Positions 19,421 through 30,573 of a stretch of DNA of 64,000 nt are shown piece by piece. Below the pieces are notes generated by a model that saw only the letters and a list, made by a program, of their open reading frames with translations, had not been told where the DNA came from and ran no database searches. The position numbers and the translations under genes are program-made. The DNA is from Terriglobia bacterium (lineage in GTDB: Bacteria; Acidobacteriota; Terriglobia; JAJPHL01; JAPKYU01), in contig CBDCVK010000003.1 in NCBI GenBank assembly GCA_965223005.1, positions 64,001-128,000 of the forward strand, read 5' to 3'. The first letter of the stretch is position 1; each line of letters starts with the position of its first letter.

Positions 19421-21199
19421 CTACTCTTCACCGGGTGGGGACTGGCAGAGCGAGGAAGCCTGGCCCAATTGGGCGGGCGGAAACAGCAGCACCACCCGCC
19501 GGTTGAGTTCACTGGGGCCGGGCACATCCTCAACGGGTTCCCGCTCCCCCTTGCCCTGGACCGTGTCGCCCAGATCAGCAAGGAGTTGTTGCCGCCCGGA
19601 TGGGTCCCTTTGTGAGGACGCGTAGCTCATCCCGGAGAGTTTCTTCACCGTCGCAAGGCGCTGCTCGAGGTCCTCGCGGGCGAGGTCTTCAGTTTCGTTG
19701 CTGAGCTCCTCCTCGAGGAAATAGTGCTGGACGGCAAGGGCGCGCTGCTCAGAGAGCCACTGGTTATAGTCGTCTTTCCCAACGCGGTCCGTGTGGCCTT
19801 CGTAGCGGACTTCAGCATTGGGAAAGAGCAGCATGCGCAGCACAGTCAGCTTGGAGAGATTCTCCCGCGCGGTAGGACGCAGTTTAGAACTGCCGAAGTC
19901 GAAAAGAATGTCGGAAGCCAGTGTGAGCACCATGCTACCGCCCTGTTCAGTCAACTGGCCGAGGGAGGCGAGCTGACGACGGAGTTCGGCACAGATCGCC
20001 TCCCGGTCCTCACGGAGACGCGCATTCTGTGCGCGGGCCTCATCGAGGGCTTCCTGCAGGGCACGGAGTCTGTCTTCGGCCTCGGCGCGACGTCGCCGCT
20101 CAGCGGCAAGCTCTGCTTCCAGTTCCTTCATCCTGTCGCGCAGGGCGGCCAGCTCTTTCCTACATTCTTCGGCCTCGGCGCGGAGACTAGCTAGCTCCTT
20201 CCGGCATTCATCGACCTCGGCGCGGAGCTTGTCCAGTTCGCGGGCAAGTTTCCGGACGTAGATGCCGCCGACAGCGCCTAGGGCAAGGGCACGCGCATTT
20301 TCTGCAATTTGGGCTGCAGTGCGGGCAAATTGAACCGCCTCACGGCTGCTCCCGTCGGCGCCGAATGCTTCTTCGGCCTGAGCCAAGTATGCGCGCGCCC
20401 GCGCGAAGGTCTCGCGTGTGCGGGCTTCGTCGGGGAGCGGTTTCTCCCCCTTCGGGGTCGGGGTTGCCAGGATTCCAGATTTGGAAGCCAGCTCAACGGC
20501 TTTGCGCGCCTGCAGGAGCTCGTTGGGGACAGAAGAGTCAGGGGAGGCAGGCGAGGTATCGTAGCGACTGTAGTAAGTGTAGTAGAGGAGCTTGCCGGGA
20601 ACAGGCAGGGCTTTGTTGCTTGTTTGGCTGTCATCCTGGTTGACGCTGTAGAGGACGACGACAGGGCTGGGATCGTTGACCGCAAAGTCGGGCTCGGCGG
20701 TGAGCATCAGCCAGAAGGTTTGGTAGGGAGTGGTGACGTTGATGCTCACGGGCCTGCCGCTCTCAAACGTGATCTCACCCAGATTCATTGCTTCGCCATC
20801 CACCGAGACGGCCCAAAGGACATAGGTCAGGAAGTCTTTGCCAAAGTATCGGGCGGGTCGAAGTCTCTTGATGTCGCCACGGTTAATATCGATCTCGATG
20901 AAACCCCGGCGACTTCCGATTTTCATGCGCGCCGAAGCAGCAGGTTCGACCTTGGTGCCCTTCATCTCGACCACGGTAGATCCCGTGAGATGCCGGAAGC
21001 TGAGGATCTGTCCGCCCGGTTCCGTAACCTCGACGGCCTCAATGCTTGCGGGTAAGGTGACAGTCGCAGGCGTTGGCTGCTGGGAGTGCAGCGAGCTAAC
21101 GACCAACAACGCGGCAATGAAGGCCAAGGCAAGGCACAAAGGTTGGCTGCTGTGCACAGGATTCACCCCTTCCGCAATTCGCCCCATATATTCTCTCAT
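19421..21199 (-). CDS. OmpA-family (peptidoglycan-binding) protein with long coiled coil
   Basis: LTYVLWAV...TAEP.FAV N-terminal domain, coiled coil, and DILFDFG, EGHTD, NQWLSEQRA, NRRV motifs. Confidence 0.85.
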   Translation of the reverse strand: MREYMGRIAEGVNPVHSSQPLCLALAFIAALLVVSSLHSQQPTPATVTLPASIEAVEVTEPGGQILSFRHLTGSTVVEMKGTKVEPAASARMKIGSRRGFIEIDINRGDIKRLRPARYFGKDFLTYVLWAVSVDGEAMNLGEITFESGRPVSINVTTPYQTFWLMLTAEPDFAVNDPSPVVVLYSVNQDDSQTSNKALPVPGKLLYYTYYSRYDTSPASPDSSVPNELLQARKAVELASKSGILATPTPKGEKPLPDEARTRETFARARAYLAQAEEAFGADGSSREAVQFARTAAQIAENARALALGAVGGIYVRKLARELDKLRAEVDECRKELASLRAEAEECRKELAALRDRMKELEAELAAERRRRAEAEDRLRALQEALDEARAQNARLREDREAICAELRRQLASLGQLTEQGGSMVLTLASDILFDFGSSKLRPTARENLSKLTVLRMLLFPNAEVRYEGHTDRVGKDDYNQWLSEQRALAVQHYFLEEELSNETEDLAREDLEQRLATVKKLSGMSYASSQRDPSGRQQLLADLGDTVQGKGEREPVEDVPGPSELNRRVVLLFPPAQLGQASSLCQSPPGEE

Positions 21200-21379
21200 C
21201 GTTATAAACGAGTCAATCCAACTCTCCAGTGCGGGAGGTGCCGGTGTCTTTCCCTCTCAACCTGCGAGTCAAGCCCACAGCACCCGGCCGAGCTGTTTGC
21301 GCCTTGGGTACTAGCGAGATACTGGGTAATGCTAGAATAGGAATTTGATGCAGCGTTGCTGGAGTATGTGACGGAGTGA

Positions 21380-22570
<1,191 letters not shown>

Positions 22571-22637
22571 GAATTAAGAATGAAGAAATGAGAAGTAGGG
22601 GGGAAGAATTCTTCACTCATAACTGTTCGGTGCTTTT

Positions 22638-23750
22638 ATGAAGCCAACCGTAGTCGTGGCCATGAGCGGCGGCGTAGACAGCTCCACCGTCGCCGCGCTG
22701 CTTTGTGGCCAGCAGGACAACGTGATCGGGCTGACGATGCAGCTCTGGAACCAGCGGCGCCTGGCCGGCTTTCCCGGGATGCCGGAGAGCAGCCACGGGC
22801 GCTGCTGTTCGCTGGAGGATGTCTACGACGCCCGCCGTGTCGCTCAGCACTTGGGGTTGCCCTACTACGTCGTGAACCACGAGGCCCGCTTCGAGCAGGA
22901 CGTGGTGCGGCCCTTCATCGAGGACTACCTGGCGGGGCGTACACCCATCCCCTGCGCGTTGTGTAACAATTCGCTGAAGTTCGACGAGTTGCTGCGGACG
23001 GCGCGGCAGATCGGCGCCGAGATGGTGGCTACCGGGCACTACGCGCGGCTGGAGCGCGACCCGGCTTCAGCCCGCTACCGGCTGCGCCGCGCGGTGGACC
23101 CCTCCAAGGACCAATCCTATTTCCTTTTCGGCCTGACGCAGGAGCAGTTGAGCCGGACGCTATTTCCGCTGGGAGAGCTGACCAAGCACCAGGTGCGCGA
23201 GTGCGCGCGCGGCGCGGGCCTGCCCGTGGCCGACAAGCCCGATTCGCACGAGCTGTGCTTCGTGCCCGGCAACGACTACACACGCTTTATCGAGGCCTAC
23301 TTCGCCGAGCGCGGGCAGCCCGTGCCCGCCGCGCCGGGCCCGGTGGTGGACAGCCAGGGACGCCGGCTGGGCCAGCACAACGGCATCCAGCGATTCACCG
23401 TAGGGCAGCGCAAGGGATTAGGAGTGGCCGCAGGACGCCCGCTCTACGTTCTACACATTGAGCCGGCCACTGCCGAGGTCACTGTGGGCGAGGACGCTGA
23501 GCTGTTTGGCACCACGGCACTGGTCTCCCGCCTCAACTGGGTTTCGCTGGCTTCGCCCGATGGGCCCGTCCGGGCTGAGGTGAAGATTCGCTACCGCCAT
23601 CAGCCCGCGCCTGCCACCGTCACGCCGCTAGATGACGACCACGCGCGGGTGGACTTCGACGTACCCCAGCGCGCCGTCACCCCCGGGCAAGCGGCGGTTT
23701 TCTACCAAGACGACCTGCTGCTGGGCGGCGGCTGGATCGACGGCAAATAG
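22638..23750 (+). CDS. mnmA: tRNA 2-thiouridine(34) synthase MnmA
   Basis: AMSGGVDSS, TPIPCALCN, ATGHYAR, KDQSYFL, TVGQRKGL and PGQAAVFY motifs. Confidence 0.97.
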   Translation: MKPTVVVAMSGGVDSSTVAALLCGQQDNVIGLTMQLWNQRRLAGFPGMPESSHGRCCSLEDVYDARRVAQHLGLPYYVVNHEARFEQDVVRPFIEDYLAGRTPIPCALCNNSLKFDELLRTARQIGAEMVATGHYARLERDPASARYRLRRAVDPSKDQSYFLFGLTQEQLSRTLFPLGELTKHQVRECARGAGLPVADKPDSHELCFVPGNDYTRFIEAYFAERGQPVPAAPGPVVDSQGRRLGQHNGIQRFTVGQRKGLGVAAGRPLYVLHIEPATAEVTVGEDAELFGTTALVSRLNWVSLASPDGPVRAEVKIRYRHQPAPATVTPLDDDHARVDFDVPQRAVTPGQAAVFYQDDLLLGGGWIDGK

Positions 23751-23809
23751 CCAGGGCAGAAACTTTCGGTTCCAGTCGTTATTTCTGAAGCGGGAACCCG
23801 GAGTAGTTA

Positions 23810-24553
23810 TCAGTTTCCGTCTGAGAATATTTTTCCGGCTCCCGCGAGTGAGGCGGTCCTGCCTTTGAACGAATCGATCAGGGGAAGGAAAAGCTCTCCT
23901 ACGGCCCGCGCGAACTGGTCGCGACAGAAAAGGACGATGACCAGGACCTGGTTGCCGGAATACACGCCCCCGGTCCCGAACACGCTTTTCACCTGATAGG
24001 CGGAAACAAAGTCTTGTGAGGCGATGATATTCCTGCCTTGCTGATCTTTCGCCTGGGCGGCGTTGTCCACAAAAAACAAGCCCGCCGAACGGCCCACGGT
24101 TTTCTGAAGGATTTCCGAGTCGCGCGTGTCGACCCACTCCAGGGGAACGCCGAGTTCCTTCAGCAGGCGAGAGATCATCGGAATGGCGTCCACGAAGGCT
24201 GAGGAAATCAACGGGATCCCCATATGGCCTTTGGAATTGCGACGGTCATTCCAGTCCGCCTCCTGGCCGTGCGTCCCCAACAGCGACAGCACCAGGGTAT
24301 TGCCTTTTAACTGGCCTCCCGCCCCGGCCGACTCGGCCAGCTTTCGCACAAATTCTTGATTCGTCTTCGGCAGGGAGTCGAATGGAACAGTGAGAAAGGC
24401 ACGGGCCAGAACAGCCGATTCACTGAACTTCGCGTGCAGCCCGCGGGCCAACTACTGGGCAGCTTCCTCCAGCGATGCCGCCTGCCGCGCCTTTGCCTCA
24501 ACCTGACCCCAAAGTTCTGCAAGGACTGCCGATGTCGCGTGCTCGATCTTCAT
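23810..24553 (-). pseudogene. Hypothetical protein interrupted by one in-frame TAG (24452-24454)
   Basis: GGAGG RBS then ATG at 24553; MKIEHAT...LEEAAQ*LARGLHAK... continues in frame for 213 more codons. Confidence 0.6.
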
Positions 24554-24938
24554 GACTCTTCCTCCGCGCCCTGATTGCATCGATCCTAAGAATGCAACGA
24601 CAGCGTGCAAGATAGCAGCCCAGGCGCGCAGTGTCCATTTCAATCAACAGCGAGCAGTGGGGAGAAGCTGGCGCTGCGTCGGGGAGCCCACAGTGCCTTG
24701 AACAACGAGTAGCTTTCTCTAAGCAAAGGCAATTCCAATCCACCAGGCAGCCACCGCGGACCAGCCGGGAGGGCACGCCTCTGCCGGTGACCACAAATTT
24801 GTTCGACCTGCGAGCTACGCCCCAGCCGACACCGTGGTATATTAACCGGGCGAAAATTAGGCAGGAAGGCCCCCTGCCAGGGGGTTTGATTGAGCATTGC
24901 AAGGAACCTGCCACTGAACTTAAGGAAGGAGATTGTAG

Positions 24939-26246
24939 ATGCTAGAGCAGCAGCCGGAGACAGCCAGTTCCCCTCCGCCGTTCCGTTTGGACGTGCAGGT
25001 GCATGACCTGTTGATGAAGCCGAAGCCCAAGTCCCTGGTGCCGCCTCCACTTGCGGCAGAGCCCCAAGTGTTGCCGGTGCCCGCATTTCCGGAGCACCCG
25101 GAACTGTTCCGCGAGGATGACTCCGACATTATCGAGATGGAGCGCAAGGCTCTCAATGGCCGCCGGCCCTGGAGCGGGCCTCTCGTTGCTCGGGCGCTGC
25201 GGGGCTGGGCGGTTCCCTACTTCAAGTCGCGCATCTTGCCAGGGGACTTCCACCCGATCATCGCCTACCTGTTCACTGAATGGAAGTGCAACCTGGACTG
25301 CCATTACTGCTGGTCCTTCGACAACAACGTGAAAGGCATGACCGAAGACACAGCCAAGCGCTCCATTGACTGGTTGCACTCCACCACCTGCCGGGTGCTG
25401 GCGCTGATGGGCGGCGAGCCGCTTCTGCGTCCCCAGTTCGTACACAAGGTAGTGTCCTACGCCGCTAAGAAAGGCTTCTGGGTGTACCTGCCCACAAACG
25501 CCCGTCTGCTGCGACCCGAAGTGCTCGACTGGCTGGGCGATGCGGGACTTGCCACGATCAACTTTGCGGTGGACGTCGTGGACGAAAAACCCGGGCTGCC
25601 CAAGGCGCTGACGCCGGTGCGCAAGTATTTTGATTACCTGCTCAAAAAACAATACCGGTACGGCATCACGACCGCCTTCAACATCAACATCTGCCGCAAC
25701 AATCACGAGGACGTCAAGCAGCTCACGGAAATCGCGCATGACAACGCGATCATCACCGATTACCACATCAACGAGTCGCCGATGGTCGAGCAGGACCACT
25801 TTAAGCACATGGACGAGAACAGCACCTTTATCACTCCGGAAGATTTCCCGAAAGTGGACGCGCTGGTGGATTGGCTCATCGAGAAGAACCAGCAAGGCTA
25901 CAAGATGGTGAACTCTACCCAGCGCTTGCAGGGCATGAAGGAGTTCATGCGCGGCAAGGTGAAGCCGTGGAACTGCCGTGCTGGTCAGAACTCGATGATC
26001 ATCCGGGTGGACGGCACGCTGGCCCCCTGCTTCCCCATGTATTCGGCCACCTACGACTGGGGAACCATTGAGAATCACAAGTTCCAGGTCTCCCAGCTCG
26101 ACCACATGAAACAGTCCTGCCAGACGCATTGCTTTTCGACCCTGAACCACAATCTGGGGTTCTGCTATAACGACGCCCGCGTCCTCCGCTGGATCATGCG
26201 GCAGGCGCGGCACGGCTTCCAGGGGGTCACGGGCAGCTTCGACTAA
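24939..26246 (+). CDS. Radical SAM protein with Twitch/SPASM-like C-terminal domain
   Basis: CNLDCHYC, MGGEPLL, TN motif, CRAG...DGTLAPC and CQTHC. Confidence 0.9.
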   Translation: MLEQQPETASSPPPFRLDVQVHDLLMKPKPKSLVPPPLAAEPQVLPVPAFPEHPELFREDDSDIIEMERKALNGRRPWSGPLVARALRGWAVPYFKSRILPGDFHPIIAYLFTEWKCNLDCHYCWSFDNNVKGMTEDTAKRSIDWLHSTTCRVLALMGGEPLLRPQFVHKVVSYAAKKGFWVYLPTNARLLRPEVLDWLGDAGLATINFAVDVVDEKPGLPKALTPVRKYFDYLLKKQYRYGITTAFNINICRNNHEDVKQLTEIAHDNAIITDYHINESPMVEQDHFKHMDENSTFITPEDFPKVDALVDWLIEKNQQGYKMVNSTQRLQGMKEFMRGKVKPWNCRAGQNSMIIRVDGTLAPCFPMYSATYDWGTIENHKFQVSQLDHMKQSCQTHCFSTLNHNLGFCYNDARVLRWIMRQARHGFQGVTGSFD

Positions 26247-26268
26247 GGTTCAACCGGCCAATCTGCAG

Positions 26269-26301
26269 CAAAAATGCCGGAGCTCTGCTCCGGCATTTTT
26301 G
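26269..26301. terminator. Probable bidirectional intrinsic terminator
   Basis: CAAAAATGCCGGAGC-TCT-GCTCCGGCATTTTTG between convergent genes. Confidence 0.85.
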
Positions 26302-26444
26302 TGCTCTCACACAAACCGGGCAGCGCGACTTGTGTGCGAGCGTCGGATAGGTGTCCGCGAAGGATGGACGATGCGGTGCGGCGCTGGAAAGGGAGCGACG
26401 TTCCATTCCCGGAAAAGGCAGCAGCCCAGCCCGCGAACAGCATC

Positions 26445-28301
26445 CTACTGGCTGGCCGTTATCGCTTCCGCGTAGCGGAGTTCTCCCGTGAGGCCATCGT
26501 AATATTGGAAAACTACCTGAGGAACGGGGAAAGCCAACCAGCGATCTTCACCCGGTCGGAGAGGATTGTTAAAGACGTTATTGATCTGCACCACGCAGTA
26601 CAGAGGGTACTGGAGGTTCTGGCGGGGGATATCGTCCAGGAAGTAGCTGGACCAGCGGATTTGGCTTCGGCGTCCGCGGGAGTCGAACCATCCGGTGGGC
26701 GGACGCCCGCTTTCATCGCTGGCGCGGTGATTCCCTGAGTTGTGCGGTCCGGAGGCAAACTCCCACACGCGGTCGGTGATCTTGATCGCAAAGCTGTTGT
26801 GGAGGTCCCCGGTGAGAACAAACACGGGCTTACCCAATGAATCCCAGAAACGGATAAGTTCCTCACGTTCCTCAAGGAAGACTGTCCACGCATCGTCCTT
26901 GTTCGAGGGGCGGACTCCTCCACCGCCCACGTGCGGAATCATAAAGTTCACTGAGGAGACCACGAAGAAAAAGTCGGCATCACTGCGCGACATCCCCTCC
27001 CTCAGCCAGGCCTTTTGACGCCGGCCGAGCATCGAGAGGCCCGGTTTGTCGGGGTGGCGGACATCATGCATTTGGCGGTGGGTCCGGGTGTCGAGCACGA
27101 AGAAATCGGAGTTACTGATGCGCAGATGGTAGTAGGAGCGACGACCGATGGAATAAGAGGGACGGCCGTCGTGCTTGGGGACAGGTCGGATGCGGAGACG
27201 ATGCTTGTCGAGCACTTCGACGATGTCGTAGACGCCGGCATTGGGATCACCGCCGATCGCGTCGAGCCGGTTGTCGTTCACCCCTGCCGTCGGCCCACCC
27301 CAGTGGACGTGGAGATTGGCTGACTGGGCCAGGTCTAAACCAGTGAAGTCGGCGCGGGGATCGGTGAGAACTTCGCTCCCCGCCTTCAGCTCAGCCTGCC
27401 CAAAATAGATTCCCTGGGTGTGTGGCACCGGGTTGCTCCAGCCCAGGTAGTCGTACCACGCTTGTACGCCTATATCCCGGAAGATGGCGCGGCGGTCTCG
27501 TAAACCCGCTGAGCCTGCTCCCCAAACGTCGTTCAGAATTTCGTGATCGTCGAAAGTGAAGAAGGAGGGGATCTGCCGGTGCCATGCGGCAAGGTTTTTG
27601 CCTCGTTCCAAGTAGATCTTGTAGTTTTCCCATACGCCGACGATGGTGGGAGCGTAGCGAACGACCGGAGGCATCTCCTCGCGCGTGCGCTGAACCTGCC
27701 GGAGCCATTGCTGGGAGGAATACTCGCGGCGATCCTCATAGAGCCAGTCACCGTTCTGAATTGCGAAGTGGATTTTGTCCCTAAGCTGGTCGAGCATGGT
27801 CTTGAAGGCTGGGCCATCGGGACCGGCGCCTCCGCCGCGATCCTGGTTGTTGCCGCAAGCAAACTCAAAGCGAAAGTTGAACAGACCGCGTGGATTGAGC
27901 TCGGGATGGCGAAAATCATCGGGGTCAGGAAGGGTTCGGAACGAGCCGCGATGGTCAGTATCAGGGACGCCCGCCGCTACCTGGTAATAGTACTTGGTGT
28001 TGGACTGGAGACCCTGAATTAGCAACCAACCGGTGTTGTCGCGTTCGAGCCGGGTGGTGGCCGACGGGGACAAGTTGTCAAGTTTTTCAGGCTTGAGTCC
28101 GTAACGGACCTGAAAGGTCCCCGGCTGCGAGGTTCGTACCCAAATGCCGATCTGGTGAGCGCCGGGTCGGCCGAGGATCGGCCCGTGAGTAATCCGCACT
28201 GCTTGCTCGGTCTTGGATTTTTCCGGCGCAAACACCGGAAGGGCCAGCATCAAAGCCAATCCCAATCCCAAAACCGAAGAGATTCGTATCCCCTGCATCA
28301 T
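26445..28301 (-). CDS. Alkaline phosphatase D (PhoD-like) family protein
   Basis: Signal peptide, THGPILG, GDWLY, DDHEI, LDTR, LGRRQKAWL and LTGDLH motifs. Confidence 0.85.
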   Translation of the reverse strand: MMQGIRISSVLGLGLALMLALPVFAPEKSKTEQAVRITHGPILGRPGAHQIGIWVRTSQPGTFQVRYGLKPEKLDNLSPSATTRLERDNTGWLLIQGLQSNTKYYYQVAAGVPDTDHRGSFRTLPDPDDFRHPELNPRGLFNFRFEFACGNNQDRGGGAGPDGPAFKTMLDQLRDKIHFAIQNGDWLYEDRREYSSQQWLRQVQRTREEMPPVVRYAPTIVGVWENYKIYLERGKNLAAWHRQIPSFFTFDDHEILNDVWGAGSAGLRDRRAIFRDIGVQAWYDYLGWSNPVPHTQGIYFGQAELKAGSEVLTDPRADFTGLDLAQSANLHVHWGGPTAGVNDNRLDAIGGDPNAGVYDIVEVLDKHRLRIRPVPKHDGRPSYSIGRRSYYHLRISNSDFFVLDTRTHRQMHDVRHPDKPGLSMLGRRQKAWLREGMSRSDADFFFVVSSVNFMIPHVGGGGVRPSNKDDAWTVFLEEREELIRFWDSLGKPVFVLTGDLHNSFAIKITDRVWEFASGPHNSGNHRASDESGRPPTGWFDSRGRRSQIRWSSYFLDDIPRQNLQYPLYCVVQINNVFNNPLRPGEDRWLAFPVPQVVFQYYDGLTGELRYAEAITASQ

Positions 28302-28369
28302 TGATTCCTAAGAAGACGCTCAGTTGAGCTATTCCTCCAGCGGACCCGTGAGGCCTCAAGCCTCTTCGC

Positions 28370-29539
28370 TCAGCAGCAGCCTTCCGGACCGCAACAGGCG
28401 TCATCGGTGGGAGCGACCGTCTTGCGGTAGCGTTTGCCTTTGGTCTCCCGCGGATCGCGCACCGCGGCCCCGTTACAGGCGAATACCCGCGCCTTCCGCA
28501 ACGGGACGTTCCGCAAAGGCGGTACGGGAAGGATGTCACTTGCGTAGGGCGAGCGGGTGGGCAGGTGGTAGGTTTTGTCACAGACGGCCATGCGCTGGCC
28601 CCGGCGCAGGACGTGGCCGTCGTCATCGCGAACCTCCTTCCACGGTCCCTTGTAGACGACCGCCTGGTAACGCTCCAGGCAAGGCCCTTCCTTGCCCTTG
28701 GAGGCTGTCACGGTGGCGGAGCGGAACTGGATGCCCCGCACCGTCTGCCAGGGCTTTTCGTCGTACTTGGCCAACTGGATGCCGTGGAAGCCGGCGCGCT
28801 CGAAGGCCTGCAGAAACCGGTCTTCGCGGAGCGCGCCCGCCAGACAGCCGCTCCAAAGCTTGGCGTCGCGCTTCATCTCGCCCGGCACATCTTCATCTGA
28901 GACGATATCGCTGACGGCCACCCGGCCGCCGCGCTTGACTACCCGGTACATCTCGCGGAACAGCTTTTCCTTTTCGGCGTCTGGCACCAGGTTGAGCACG
29001 CAACTGGAGATGACGATGTCTACCGATTCATCGGGGAGGAGCGGCGCCGAAGAGCGCAGGCGCGCCGCGAAGGCGTCGAAGTCCGCCAATTGCTCAGTGG
29101 TGCGCACCGGATGAGCTTTCAGGTAGGCGTCCACCTCGTCCAGCGAGAGTCGCGGGTCCTGGATGCGGGCGCGGTGAAACTCTACGTTGTCGTACCCCAA
29201 CCGTCGCGCAATCGTCGGCTGGTGTTTCCGCGCCAGCGCCAACATTTCGGCGTTGAAGTCCACCCCGATCACTCTGCCGGTGGGGCCGACCAGTTGTGCC
29301 GCGATGTAACAAATCTTGCCGGCGCCGGAGCCCAGGTCGAGTACCGTGTCGCCAGGCCGTACAAACAAGGAGGGGTCGCCGCAGCCGTAATCTCTCTCCA
29401 AGATCTCGGTCGGGATAAACTCCAGGTAGCGCGGGTCGTAGCTGACCGGACAACAAAGCGCCGGCTCTTTGGCGCGGGCAGCCTGGCTGTAGCGCTGCCG
29501 CACCGCCTTTTCCGTATCCAGTGAAGTTGCGCGTGGCAT
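28370..29539 (-). CDS. ArsM/AS3MT-like SAM-dependent methyltransferase
   Basis: LCCPV, RDYGCGDP, VLDLGSGAG, SSCVLNL, DIV and LWSGCLAGA motifs; C-terminal CC-GPEG-CC. Confidence 0.8.
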   Translation of the reverse strand: MPRATSLDTEKAVRQRYSQAARAKEPALCCPVSYDPRYLEFIPTEILERDYGCGDPSLFVRPGDTVLDLGSGAGKICYIAAQLVGPTGRVIGVDFNAEMLALARKHQPTIARRLGYDNVEFHRARIQDPRLSLDEVDAYLKAHPVRTTEQLADFDAFAARLRSSAPLLPDESVDIVISSCVLNLVPDAEKEKLFREMYRVVKRGGRVAVSDIVSDEDVPGEMKRDAKLWSGCLAGALREDRFLQAFERAGFHGIQLAKYDEKPWQTVRGIQFRSATVTASKGKEGPCLERYQAVVYKGPWKEVRDDDGHVLRRGQRMAVCDKTYHLPTRSPYASDILPVPPLRNVPLRKARVFACNGAAVRDPRETKGKRYRKTVAPTDDACCGPEGCC

Positions 29540-29713
29540 ACTTCGGTCTCCTTCTCAAGCCGGAATTCCCGCGGCCAGCGAGCGTGGTAGATACTGAGCG
29601 CTCCAACGGCCGCCGGTGCCTCCTCCGAGGACGTACATTATACTTGCATGCCAGGCGCGGCGGGAACATGGAGTAGAGTGCCTTCGGCTGGAGAAGACGG
29701 ACAGTGATGAATC

Positions 29714-30400
29714 GTGGTTTTCGGTACCCGTAGCCCAGGAAATCGAACGTTGCGGGCGTTCCCCAACAACACGGTCCTACTGGTGGCGTTCACAGTAGCG
29801 GGCTGGTGGGCGGAAGCTGAGATGCTGTCTGGAAGATCTCCCAACCCACACGGGGTTTCCCAAGCCAGCCATTGTGCCTGCGATCCGGCGCGACCGGAGA
29901 CGCTGGAGGCTCGCGAGTGTAGCCTCTGCCGGGAGGCAGAAAAACAGCCGCCCGGTGTGATGCTCTTTTTCCTGAAAGACAACCACCCCCGCAAGCCCAA
30001 CCGCTGGCTGGCCCTGCCCCGGCTGCACAGCCGGGGGATGCACGATATCGCGCACCTCAATGCGCGGCAGAGGGCCGAGTTCTGGAAAGCGACGATTCGC
30101 AAGGCACGTGCGCTGTGGGGTGACCAATGGGGCCTGGCGATCAACGGAGACAAAGTGCGCACCCAGTGCCACGCTCATGTGCACATCGGAAAGTTGTTGG
30201 AGCACGCCGCACAACATGAGGCGGCGTTGACCCCCACGGGGGCTGTCGCGCCCGGCAACCCTGCCCGGAGCGCAAACGGACCGGGCGAAATCCCGGTGCC
30301 GCAGGCAGGACAGGCTCTTTGGATTCATCCTAAGGGCAAGAAGTTGCATGTGCATGTCGAAGACCGAAACCAGGCCACAGAATTCGTCCTAAGACGATGA
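29714..30400 (+). CDS. HIT-superfamily protein resembling CDP-diacylglycerol pyrophosphatase (Cdh-like)
   Basis: GLAIN...RTQCHAHVHIG histidine triad; N-terminal hydrophobic stretch and CAC/CSLC; start uncertain. Confidence 0.5.
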   Translation: MVFGTRSPGNRTLRAFPNNTVLLVAFTVAGWWAEAEMLSGRSPNPHGVSQASHCACDPARPETLEARECSLCREAEKQPPGVMLFFLKDNHPRKPNRWLALPRLHSRGMHDIAHLNARQRAEFWKATIRKARALWGDQWGLAINGDKVRTQCHAHVHIGKLLEHAAQHEAALTPTGAVAPGNPARSANGPGEIPVPQAGQALWIHPKGKKLHVHVEDRNQATEFVLRR

Positions 30401-30573
30401 GGCCACGGAAAACCCCGAGCTATAGCTGGTGTGCTGGGTGCGGCTCGGAGGTCGCCACGGCTATCGGGTGTATACTGTGCCCGGCGCGATTCCCATTTGC
30501 CCTCGAGCAGGAATTTGCGCCGACATGAGAACGTGGCGCGGCTGGGCGGCCGCTTCTCCCTAGTTTCAAGACC

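Noticed and set aside
24606-24621. Possible sigma54 promoter (GG-N10-GC, GGCTGCTATCTTGCA) on the minus strand
   Set aside because: The -24 element matches TGGCAC poorly; chance occurrence is likely in GC-rich DNA
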